Of a DNA stretch of 64,000 nt, positions 51,888 through 62,944 are shown piece after piece. Positions within the stretch are counted from its first letter, which is position 1. Every line of letters starts with the position of its first letter. Origin of the DNA: Nemertoderma westbladi (Eukaryota > Animalia > Xenacoelomorpha). The notes under the pieces are model-generated. The model was given only the letters and a program-made list of their open reading frames with translations. It ran no database searches and had not been told where the DNA came from. Location: contig JAUCBJ010002218.1 of NCBI GenBank assembly GCA_032718475.1, positions 6,436-70,435 on the forward strand. Direction: 5' to 3'. The translations under genes and the position numbers were made by a program.

Positions 51888-53004
51888 TGTAAAGGCTTTT
51901 GCGGATCTAGCTAGTCATTTTCCCCGCAAAGTACTCTGTAGGTGTTTTAGTGGACATAAAAAGCCATTTTTCTGTATGTGTACTTTAGCGGACATAACTA
52001 GCGATTTTATGCCGCAATACGCCAAAATACTCTGCAGTGTAGTTCAGATGACGACATCTATCAGCTGATATGTCCATGTAGAGCTTTCTTTATTCTTTGT
52101 TCGGCTCGACCAATCAGAGCGATTTTCATTTTATTTGCACAGAAGCCTCCGGGAAATCGCGCAATGCATTATGGTCTTTGTTTACCTTTTTTCCTGAGCC
52201 CAGAACATCGGCTGTGGAATTATTCTGTGTTTCAGACTTTAGCCAAACATTAGAACGGCTTTGATCATAGAAACGTATAACTGTTATCAGCCCATATCAT
52301 ACTATACATACCTTTCACCGCATTATTTTACTGCTATTTACTGTCGGTTATTAATTGTTATCAGTTAATGGAATGTTGTTATATTTGGAGAATATCGATA
52401 AATAATCAGAAAACCCCAATCTTCTTGATATACTGAAGGTTAGAGAGACCGGTTACATATAGCAATTGCGACTTACATTATAGTGGTTTTGGAGTGAATT
52501 GAATGCTATTTCATAGGCCCTACATGTGTCAGTTGCTGTTCTCTTTATATATGACTAAAATTAGTGAAGGTCGGCAGATCGGTGTGCAGCATTGTGCGGT
52601 AGTGTGCATGAGTGTGATAGATAACAAAGCATTTCCTAAAGAATGCGCTTTATACGTGAATCATTAGCCATCCCGTTGTGTTTAGTATAAGTCATAACTC
52701 TGTTTACATACTTAGAGCGCCACGTCCTAAAGGAACTGTTAAAATATTTCCCGAAAGTGAATAATATTTGTCAGAGATTATATATTAACGATCAATCGAA
52801 TAGTACAGTAGGCCTACACCGCAATAAGGTCAGAGCATCCGAATCCAGTCTCCCTTAACCGTGGGTGAATGATCGCGCATAGGCTGGCTTCGGCTAATGT
52901 AACTTATGTGTATCAAATATTTGTTATAGGCTAAAGTCGATTTATAACCTAGAAGACACCTAAATTTGGCAGGTTAAACTGCTAAAGGTCTAAAAGCGCG
53001 AACA
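51888..53004 (+). repeat. 3' LTR
   Basis: Starts tgtaaaggcttttgcggatc, ends aaaagcgcgaaca, followed by TSD atgta. Confidence 0.93.
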
Positions 53005-53032
53005 ATGTAATTTGAATTTACCTCTCTTTTAT

Positions 53033-53257
53033 GGGTGTAAACGCTACGCCGACAACCGACAGCCGACAACCACTGCCGACAACAACAAATATGAAAATGT
53101 AACCTGAGTTCGTAACTCTCGTTTATTGTTTTGGTTAGAATAACCTTCCACTGTAACCTGTTCCTTTCCTTAAATTAATAAATAACATTAATTAGCTTTA
53201 ATATTGGCTGTCGGCGTTGGTTGTCGGTAGTCGGTTGTCGGTGTAGCGTTTACACCC
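53033..53257. mobile_element. Mutator-like MITE
   Basis: TIR gggtgtaaacgctacgccgacaaccgac / gtcggttgtcggtgtagcgtttacaccc; 9-bp TSD ctcttttat / ctctttcat. Confidence 0.85.
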
Positions 53258-53772
53258 CTCTTTCATAAAGGCTCTAGTTCGATTCATTCATTATTATTTG
53301 ATGCGTGCGGAAAAATTTAACTACGCGAAACGGCATTCCATCGCATACGAGTAGGCTACACCTACGCGGAAAAGTCAAACCCCGTAAATTTCGACTCGAC
53401 TCGCAGGGCAGAAGTCTAGAAATGAGATACTGATCTGAACCTCGATCAAACTCGACTAATCAATCTAAAGCGAAATTTTCCAATTATCTCTAAGAACATC
53501 ATACGTTCCATCGTCTCTTCTCTACACACACTATGGGAGGGTCGAGGTAATAATAACTAACTATTCATAGAAACCAGACTACTGCATTTTCGGACCAAAC
53601 TCAGCAATTGCGATGAGTAATAGAAGAATTTTGCTTTGTGGGTTTTACAATGACGGAATCATGCGATAGCGATACATCCGTGAGTACCGGTTTGGGAAGG
53701 TAACTCATTCTGTTTTTTTTTCACAATAATAATTTTACTACACTACTAGTACTGTACTACTTCACTGAGACA

Positions 53773-54003
53773 GGGGTTGAAACTGGACGCAAAACCCGCC
53801 TTGGCGAATTAATATCCCGCCTCAATGTTAAATTCTCAATTTAGGGGAAGGAGCAGGTTACAGTGGCACGTTATTTTAACCAAAACAATAAACTAAGCAC
53901 AATAGAACAGGTTACAGTTTTATTTTTGAGAATAATCATCTGTTATTTGCGTCGAATTTCTCCTGGAGAGGGATGAATTTTTATTGCGTCCAGTTTCTCC
54001 CCC
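53773..54003. mobile_element. MITE
   Basis: TIR ggggttgaaactggacgcaa / ttgcgtccagtttctcccc; internal core shared with the 53033 MITE. Confidence 0.65.
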
Positions 54004-54215
54004 CCCCCCCCCCCCCCCCCCTCCCCTCCTATCTGATAATTTTACTACACTACTAGTACTACTTCAGCTGTACTTCACTAGGCCTACTGTAGGAAAGTAG
54101 TCATAGTTACGCCTGCAGCATAGTTTATACTGATATTGTATTGTATGTATGTACAGTATACCGGTAGTCCTAGCCTAGCAGTTAGCAGGTTAGTATTGCT
54201 GTTCATCAGTTTCCT

Positions 54216-54500
54216 ATGAATCCCTTATTCAGATTACTTCTGAGATTGATTTCTGAACCTACTATTAGACGTGGATTCTTCCAGATTGCTAAAGGAATTA
54301 ACAACTCTCAACCAGTAACGGCCTTGAAGAGGAGGACAGGGGACCAAGTTGTTCGCTTTGCTTCCAAAGAACGACAACCAATACCTAATTTGTATGGGGC
54401 TCCAATAACCAGATCGACCCTAAAACTTAAGGAGAATTTCCGAGACTGGCTTCGGAATAAACTATTCCCTAAAGGGCCCCCTCCGCGTATAGAGGGTTAG
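54216..54500 (+). CDS. Putative 94-aa basic microprotein upstream of ACADSB
   Basis: ATG-initiated, non-repetitive ORF; acceptor-like gttcatcag ending at 54209; gtaagt donor at 54567; basic amphipathic N-terminus. Confidence 0.5.
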   Translation: MNPLFRLLLRLISEPTIRRGFFQIAKGINNSQPVTALKRRTGDQVVRFASKERQPIPNLYGAPITRSTLKLKENFRDWLRNKLFPKGPPPRIEG

Positions 54501-54896
54501 TGGCTGAGTGGATCTCTATCGTGAATCTCCGACTCTGGCGAGTGGAGCTAATTACTGAATTAATTTGTAAGTTTGATATTTAGTTGCAAAAGCGAAATTG
54601 TTAATTACAGGACTGTCCTCTAGGACTCCTATATCATTACTGCATTATACCGGTACGTGTACTCCATACTGAATGAAAAGGCCTGTGATTAAAACAGGAG
54701 GCACAAGGACGTTTCAATTTCGAACTATTGCGCCGCTCTTCTCCCAGAATGTGGTTGTAGTTTATAGTCAGACAGTAGGCTAGGCCTACTACAGTAATAT
54801 GTAATGACTAATGAGATCGATTATATTACCCAATAGTCATTTAATGATGCGACCACTATGATTAAATTAGGATTATAATCATATTGTTTCAGGACA

Positions 54897-55025
54897 ATGT
54901 TGGCCGTCCGTATCTTAGTATCGGGGAGGCGTTTGAGTGACCTATCGTACCGACACAATGTTACTCCGTTAACCCGAAGCCAGTACAGCTACTCTACTGA
55001 ATCCAACACCGGATCCCCTATTCAG
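54897..55025 (+). CDS. ACADSB: ACADSB-like exon 1 (mitochondrial presequence)
   Basis: tgtttcag|gacaATG; MLAVRILVSGRRLSDLSYRH...SPIQ; donor gt at 55026; phase 0. Confidence 0.8.
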
Positions 55026-55359
55026 GTTTCTGTGGAACTTTAATAATAATCGGATCCGATAAAGATTGGCCAGGTAGAACGCGAACACTTTTTTTTTCTA
55101 CACCAGTGTCCCGTATGGAATAGACATGCCTATCTCTATTTCATATTCTTTATATTAAAATGCCCTATATTATATGAGAGAAGGACGGATGCAAAAATAC
55201 ATGAATAGGTACCAAAACCTTCGCTACCCAATCGCTGGTCGAATATTCCATTCCATCATTGTGGCTTTTTCTTGCTCCCCAAACTGTGAATTTTATTGGT
55301 AATTTTAATTAGTAATTTTCGTTTAAACAACTTATAATTATTTAATTTTTTGTTCTCAG

Positions 55360-55704
55360 GTTTTCACCGAGGACGAGACAATTCTCCGTTCCACTGTGCG
55401 GCGATTCGCGGAGGACCGAATCCGTCCGTTGGTTCGATCTATGGACGAGAGTTCGACGATGGACCGCGGACTCCAGCAGGAGATGTTCGACGCGGGGTTG
55501 ATGGCCATCGAGGTGGACCCAGTGTACTCGGGTGCCGGTATGAGTTTCAGTTCGGCTCTACTCGCCATAGAGGAGGTCTCCCGAGTGGACCCCAGTGTGG
55601 CCGTGGGGATGGACATACAGAATACTTTGTGTTGCGCTTTGATGACCAAATACGCGTCGCAACAGTTGAAAGATTCATACCTACCGAAACTCGCTACTCA
55701 GTAT
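55360..55704 (+). CDS. ACADSB: ACADSB-like exon 2
   Basis: VFTEDETILRSTVRRFAEDRIRPLVRSMDE...IEEVSRVDPSVAVGMDIQNTL...YLPKLATQY; gtgagt donor. Confidence 0.93.
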
Positions 55705-55808
55705 GTGAGTTTGAGTTTAGCATATATTTTTGTTCGCACATATTTGAGAGCGTTCAGTTTGTTTGTGTTCGTATATATTTGAGTGCGTTCAGTTTATTTA
55801 TATTGCAG

Positions 55809-55979
55809 TTGAGCGCGTTCGCATTATCCGAAGCTACATCGGGTAGCGACGCGTTTGCGTTGAAGACAACGGCGACCCTGGACGGGGACAATTACATCAT
55901 TAACGGCTCCAAGATGTGGATATCGAACGCAGGATACGCCGGTGTATTTTTTGTGTTCGCCAACGCCAATCCATCCCAG
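55809..55979 (+). CDS. ACADSB: ACADSB-like exon 3
   Basis: FALSEATSGSDAFALKTTA...INGSKMWISNA; acyl-CoA dehydrogenase signature. Confidence 0.95.
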
Positions 55980-56088
55980 GTATATCCCATACCCTCACTA
56001 TCGGTTTAACCACGTAATGCAACCCCGTTACATTCCCTATTCTGCTCTGCGTGAAGTATAATATATAGTACAGCTGTTTTATTTGTAG

Positions 56089-56214
56089 GACTACAAAGGG
56101 ATTACTTGCTTCCTCATAGAGAAGGATAACCCTGGTTTATCAATCGGACCTCCTATCGATAAATTGGGACTGAAATCCTCGTCAACCTGCCCTTTGTTCT
56201 TTGATAATTGTAAG
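56089..56214 (+). CDS. ACADSB: ACADSB-like exon 4
   Basis: [42 protein letters not shown]; aag|gtgagt donor. Confidence 0.94.
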
Positions 56215-56930
56215 GTGAGTGACCAGCTGACCATAATGTGAGTGACCAGCTGACCATAATGTGAGTGACCAGCTGACCATAATGTGAGTGACCAGCTGAC
56301 CATAATGTGAGTGACCAGCTGACCATAATGTGAGTGACCAGCTGACCATAAGGTGAGTGACCAGCTGACCATAACTTGAGTGATCAGCTGTCCATAAGGT
56401 GAGTGACCAGCTGACCATAAGGTGAGTGACCAGCTGACCATAAGGTGAGTGACCAGCTGACCATAACTTGAGTGATCAGCTGACCATAAGGTGAGTGATC
56501 AGCTGACCATAACTTGAGTGATCAGCTGACCATAAGTTGAGTGACCAGCTGACCATAACTTGAGTGATCAGCTGACCATAAGGTGAGTGATCAGCTGACC
56601 ATAAGGTGAGTGACCAGCTGACCATAACTTGAGTGATCAGCTGACCATAAGGTGAGTGACCAGCTGTCCATAAGGTGAGTGACCAGCTGACCATAATGTG
56701 AGTGACCATCTGTACATAAGGTGAGTGACCAGCTGACCATAAGGTGAGTGATCAGCTGACCATAAGGTGAGTGACCAGCTGACCATAAGGTGAGTGACCA
56801 GCTGACCATAACTTGAGTGATCAGCTGACCATAAGGTGAGTGACCAGCTGCCCATAAGGTGAGTGACCAGCTGACCATAAGGTGAGTGACCAGCTGTCCA
56901 TAACTTGAGTGATCAGCTGACCATAAGGTG
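56212..56930 (+). repeat. 23-bp minisatellite made of the ACADSB exon 4 donor junction (~31 copies)
   Basis: Unit aag|gtgagtgaccagctgaccat with aat|gtgagt and aac|ttgagt variants. Confidence 0.96.
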
Positions 56931-57181
56931 AGGGCTGGTACAAAAATATATTAAAAAGAAATTAAATTTTCAAAACTTAACATTTACCGGTTAGGGCGTT
57001 TGGTTTATTTGTAACCGTCAAATTATATAACATTTTTCCATTATTCAGATAGGCCTATATGGGTGAATGCCAAACATATTGACCAATGTCCCGTACATAA
57101 CAATGTGATACACAAAACTGTTGCAGATGGCCAACTGGAAATGATTATTTTTTTTATCAAACAATTGATTTGAAAATTTAA

Positions 57182-58327
57182 GGGGGGGTAGCGCATTTTC
57201 TGACCAAAAAGACGAATTTTTGAAACATATCCTATCTGATGCAGAATTTCATGCTGAATCCAAATATGGAAACCGTTTTCCGATATCTTGCTTAGTTTTC
57301 GAGATATCTGGGATAGAAGATACTGGCTCCGATATATCGCGATATCGGTAAAGGCGATGAAGTTTGGGGTTTGCATTCAATTTCTGCAAATTTCTGTGCT
57401 CAGTGGTGCCAATTGGATGTCTCCACGAGAAAGAGCACAAAATTTTAATTGAGAAGGTATTTTTTTATGATTATTGGACCTACTGATCAGTTTATAAGAC
57501 AACTTCAAGTCTCCGGAATGAAGACTGGACTCGAATAAGCGACTCTGCGGTCTTTGCGGGATTACACGGAATAGACTTATCGGTCATCGGAGATCTTCAA
57601 AATGTATAATCTCCAGTTCTAGTGGTCGTACGAAGTTCGTTTTAGGCTCATTCGAAAGCTCTTTTCTTAGAGAACAAAGTTACCATTTGATTTAAGACAA
57701 AATGGTTGTAAAGCAACATAACATGAATTTGGGTAAAATATGCCTTGCAAATTTTGTTCAAGTTATGATTGCTCAGGCAGCTTTCAAGAGTTTGCCAAAC
57801 CAAATGGTAACTTTGGTCTCTGAGAAAAGAGCTTTCGAATGAGCCCAAAACGAACTCCGTACGACCACTAGAACTGGAGATTATACATTTTGAAGATCTC
57901 CGATGACCGATAAGTCTATTCCGTGTAATCCCGCAAAGACCGCAGAGTCGCTTATTCGAGTCCCGTCTTCATTCCGGAGACTTGAAGTTGTCTTATAAAC
58001 TGATCAGTAGGTCCAATAATCATAAAAAAATACCTTCTCAATTAAAATTTTGTGCTCTTTCTCGTGGAGACATCCAATTGGCACCACTGAGCACAGAAAT
58101 TTGCAGAAATTGAATGCAAACCCCAAACTTCATCTCCTTTACCGATATCGCGATATATCGGAGCCAGTATCTTCTATCCCAGATATCTCGAAAACTAAGC
58201 AAGATATGGGAAAACGGTTTCCATATTTGGATTCAGCATGAAATTCTGCATCAGATAGGATATGTTTCAAAAATTCGACTTTTTGGTCAGAAAATGCGCT
58301 ACCCCCCCCCCCCCCCCCCCCCCCCCC
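57182..58327. mobile_element. Palindromic TTAA-flanked foldback element (Kolobok-like ends)
   Basis: ttaa|ggggggg ... ccccccc|ttaa; ~500-bp near-perfect inverted arms around an imperfect ~100-bp centre; mirror ORFs in the track confirm symmetry. Confidence 0.9.
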
Positions 58328-58579
58328 TTAAAGACAGTTTTTTGAAGTAATTTTTGGGACATGTTGATTAGGTATTGAAAGGAATTTACATGAAAACGAT
58401 TATTATAATTTTTGCCAACATTAATTTTTTAATTTAATACAAATCATAAAATGTTTGAAATAACTCCTCCACTAGAATTTAAATCCAGTTTATCGTCCTT
58501 CCCACTGCCAACTCTGTTCCATTCCCAACTTACATCCCACTCTCAACTACTGTCCCCAATCTCAAAACCCTTTCCACAA

Positions 58580-58832
58580 ATTGTTAATTTGGTAATAAAT
58601 TAATTTGGTTGTTAATTTGGTAATAAATTAATTTGGTTGTTAATTTGGTAATAAATTAATTTGGTTGTTAATTTGGTAATAAATTAATTTGGTTGTTAAT
58701 TTGGTAATAAATTAATTTGGTTGTTAATTTGGTAATAAATTAATTTGGTTGTTAATTTGGTAATAAATTAATTTGGTTGTTAATTTGGTAATAAATTAAT
58801 TTGGTTGTTAATTTGGTAATAAATTAATTTGG
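58580..58832. repeat. 28-bp minisatellite, ~9 copies
   Basis: Unit ttgttaatttggtaataaattaatttgg. Confidence 0.93.
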
Positions 58833-59839
58833 TCTATTAATTGTCAATTAAGGAGGAGGAGCAGGTTACAGTTCTGTGCTGAGTATCTTCTAACAAACAT
58901 AATTAATTACTTTATCCATTAAACCTAATTAACGTCGTGAATGGGAGTGTGTATGGCTCATTACAATTCAAATGAATTTACGCCGCAATGCCGGAAAAAT
59001 CTTTGATAGTCAATAATGGCTGAATGGGGTGTTTGGGAGATAGAATGGTTGTCTCCATTGTATTCCTTGAAACACCCAAGATATGGGAACGTTCGTTTAG
59101 ACCTATTTTGAATAGGTTTATTATATTAAGTTAGTTAGTGTTACAGTAATATATAATATTCTGCGAACTGCTTACGACGCAATGTGTATTTATTCAATAA
59201 TGATTATCTGTGAAGGGTAAGGTAAGCCAGTCACACATCAACTTAATTTTAAATGTAAGTAATTAATTGTTTAGACCATGATTAACTTCTGCCCCAACAC
59301 AATGTCAATTATGGGATAGGCATCACGTTATGGTTTTTTCAACCTGGCCACATAAATTTTAATGGAAGAATATGAGTGGAAGTGTTAACACATCGGGTTA
59401 ATGGCCCACATTTGCCAATTTATATGCCATTAAATTAATCATTTACCGAGTGTCTCACGTATGTGACAAAAAATCGGACCACGTTATAGAATACAATACA
59501 ATTATACAAAGCAGGGACATTTTAATAATTTATCACATGAATTGTAATTTTAATAGCCAAACTTAGCCCGTAATCACATTAACAAAATATGAAATTTATC
59601 CTGTAAGTTTTTTAAAATTCGTTATTTGCCCTTTTCTATAACAAACTGTGGTTGCAGTGTAACGCAGCAGCTAGGGGGCCGATTATTGTCTAATTATCAA
59701 AGCCACCCACCCGACCATTCTTTAATATGGTTGGCATTGACTGGACATTCATACTGTATGGTCTAAACCAGTTATACTGTACAGTTCTACTGGCCACTCT
59801 GTAATCAAAGTGTTCTTCTACCTATCTGTTACTGTTTAG

Positions 59840-60037
59840 GTACCGGTATCCAGTGTTATTGGGGACGTTGGCCAGGGTTACCGATACTGTATAGACCTCC
59901 TCAACGAAGGCCGCATCGGTATTGCTGCCCAGATGATCGGGATCTGTCAAGGGGCCCTCGATCTCACCCTGCCCTACCTACAGGAGAGGAAACAGTTCGG
60001 CCGTAATGTTCTAGAATATCAAGGAATTAGTCATCAG
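59840..60037 (+). CDS. ACADSB: ACADSB-like exon 5
   Basis: VPVSSVIGDVGQGYRYCIDLLNEGRIGIAAQMIG...ERKQFGRNVLEYQGISHQ; tttag acceptor, gttagt donor. Confidence 0.95.
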
Positions 60038-60859
60038 GTTAGTACGTGTGTGGCGTGGCTCTCAAATTAATGTAACTAGTGATGTAGTATAGTAAGTAAT
60101 TCAACGTAAATTACACATTTTCTTACACCCATCTGCATACCCCATATATTAATATTTAGAATTTACTGTGTTGTTTTATGATGTAATCTATTGACTAAGG
60201 AGAATAAATCATGCAATCAGAGATTTCAGTGTTTTTTTCTGTAAAATGTTCACACCCTAAATCGTAATTTCACAATAGAAAAACAACGTTTCACACTATT
60301 ACACACCGCATTATTTTTTACATGATTTGTCCCCATCATTATTTGTAGCCTCTTCGACCCGTAATATGGAGTCAGTTTCTGATGACTCGGACCACCTATT
60401 TTTTTCAACAAATCATTAACGTTTATTTAAACGTGTCTTGTGAAATTTCAGCCTTCGTCACATTAATAATAATTATAATAGTAGCATTTTGTATTTATTG
60501 AGGCAGATGCCTTAAACACTATAACTGCCACCATAACAGTACCGATTATTGGTCAAACAATTAGTACATCATTGCGAACAATGAATTAAGTATCTCCGTG
60601 TTACTATACATTAAGTTGAACAATACAGTAAAAAAATGAAACCTCACAGTCAATTTAATAAAATTTTATATTTTCACGGGTCAAAATTTGAAAAAAACCT
60701 TGTTGTTTTTCTAAGGACTATGAATATCAGAACAACATTTATCAACTGTTTATTGATTTAATATTTTGCCAATTAATACATAATTATGTAATAATGTTCC
60801 CTCGGTCGATTTCAGACAGCTTATTAGTCGTTATCGAATCATTATCTGTTCCCCATTAG

Positions 60860-61153
60860 GTAGCCGACATGCTAACTCGCTTGGAGTGCGCGCGCCTTCT
60901 CACATACAACAGCGCCCGAATGCGATCCGCGGGTCTGCCCTTTGTGAAAGAGGCCGCCATGGCGAAGTACTACTCCAGCGAACTGGCAACCCAGCTCACC
61001 AGATGCTGCATAGACTGGCTGGGGGGTGTCGGCTACACGCGGGAGTTCGGGGTCGAGAAACTCTACCGCGACGCCAAGATCGGAACTATTTACGAGGGGA
61101 CTAGTAACATACAACTAAATACCATCGCGAAATACGCCCTCAAAGATCGTTAG
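60860..61153 (+). CDS. ACADSB: ACADSB-like terminal exon 6
   Basis: [20 protein letters not shown]...[26 protein letters not shown]; catalytic Glu in IYEGT; aataaa at 61183. Confidence 0.96.
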   Translation, partial: VADMLTRLECARLLTYNSARMRSAGLPFVKEAAMAKYYSSELATQLTRCCIDWLGGVGYTREFGVEKLYRDAKIGTIYEGTSNIQLNTIAKYALKDR

Positions 61154-62944
61154 AGGCCTGGATATAGTTATTTATATAACATAATAAAATATTTGTTAGC
61201 ATATATGTGCTGAACGATTGTATTATAAAATAATTAGAATATTAGAAATTCTCGTATAATAACAACATTGTTTACTTTACCCGCGCCGTTTGTTTCTCAT
61301 GGAGAGTTTGTGGGTTTCCCGCGCAATATTCAGGATTCCAGACCGCTGGGTGCGGAGTTTTTGCTGTCTGACAGACACAGTTGACTTTGACCAAGAAATT
61401 CCAGACATAAGTAAAGAATAAATTATTTGAATCCAGAACTCGAACTGTTTTCTTTGGGTGTGAAGGTCTGACTAGGTGAGACGGGGTGGGGTGGGGTACA
61501 GGAAACAGACATACCCCCCCCCCCCCCCCCTCATCCCCCACCCCCATATTAGGGTATATTAGGTTTTATTAGGATATATTTTAAGATATCTTAAATCTAA
61601 CTGTAATATATTTTAAAGCTCGGATCTTAGATACACTTTACGGTGACAGGGCAACGTTAGTTTTTCTCGCATTCCGAATGCTCATTGACAGAACTTTCAT
61701 TTTACTGACAGTAACCAAAGAAAGGGATGTAAATGTCTCAGTGCTGTTCGTCCCGGTCTGTCAGTACCTACGATATGACAGGCGCTAGAAAAGAATAATA
61801 ACCATGGTAACTGTGTAAACATTTATCTTTTTCAATTAATTCCAATGTAATGCTCTGGATAATTATAGTCTACCTGCCAACTCCCGAAAATTAAGTTTAG
61901 ATAGCATTTTTTGTTAATGGTTGGCATCCACCTGATTTTTGTACTTCAAGACATGGCGGATCCAGCTAGGCCGGATGCCACCTCTGCATTTTTTATTTAA
62001 TGCCTTTTTTTGGGCTTCAAAGTTTTTTGCTCAAAAATGTTTTTTTTTCAATTTTAGGATACAAGTTCATGGTGAATGCTAGTGAATCTCGTCTCATTAC
62101 CAGTGTATAAATCTAAAGTTAATAAAAATGCATCAATGTTGTCCTGAAACTGTTATAAAAACTTTGGTAAAGAAGAAAATTTCCGAAATTCCCTTGCAGT
62201 CCGCCAACCCGGCCCTAGTAACCGCCTTAGCAACAGATTTATAAAATTTAAATTGTCAATTTCTTTGTCTCACCTTTCCTTTTCCTGAGAAAATCAACAA
62301 ACAGTTTTAAAAATCAAAAAACCCATCACACAACTTATATGACATCTTGGGAACACATCAAGGGCAATATAAAATCAAATAGCGTCTAATGTCGCAGACA
62401 CAGGCCCATTATTTGAACCAGAGTAATTTACACAAGTATCAAAATATTGAGTTTAAGTGGAGAGTTCGTGTACATAGACTCAACTATTTGCTTCCATATT
62501 TGTAATTTTTGTAAATTATCACTACAGCTCAGTAGCATGGTGATACTTCCCGTCATATTGTGCACATTCAGGTGACATTTACAGACCACGTTACCATAGC
62601 AACAGACCAAATAAGACAATTTAATAAGAATTTAATTTACAGTATAACTATAATGTAGTTTTCCCTACAGAAAGTTTAATTTTTGATAGTAATCGGGTGT
62701 TATTTGCGTTGATTTTCACCCTGGAGAGGGATCAATTTTGATTGCGTCGAAACTATCACTTTCATTTGCCTAGTATTATTATGACTTGATGGAAATGGAT
62801 GGTGACGAACATATTCCTACTATTAAAAGGAAAACTTGCCCGAATGTGGTTTGTGAAGAGACATGCATAGTATATGGAGCAAAGAAAGATGAGCCATTAA
62901 GAATTACTTCAGTTGACGGCAAGTTAAAATTAAATGTGTCAGCA

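Larger units (their letters stand above)
40457..53004 (+). mobile_element. BEL/Pao LTR retrotransposon, non-autonomous
   Basis: ~1.1-kb LTRs (tgt...aca), 5-bp TSD atgta (40452-40456, 53005-53009), purine-rich gggagcag before the 3' LTR, Gag and protease remnants. Confidence 0.93.
38401..53382. mobile_element. Mutator-like (MULE) TIR element hosting nested insertions
   Basis: 28-bp TIR gggtttgacttttccgcgtaggtgtagc / gctacacctacgcggaaaagtcaaaccc; 9-bp TSD cgcaaattt / cgtaaattt; no transposase recognised. Confidence 0.8.

Noticed and set aside
56091-56878. Minus-strand [14 protein letters not shown] repeat ORFs
   Set aside because: Translations of the 23-bp minisatellite.
57041-58350. Paired identical ORFs on opposite strands
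   Set aside because: Mirror translations of the foldback element arms; no protein features.
54897-61153. All five ACADSB coding introns are phase 0
   Set aside because: Phase 0 is the commonest class and five introns are too few to mean anything.
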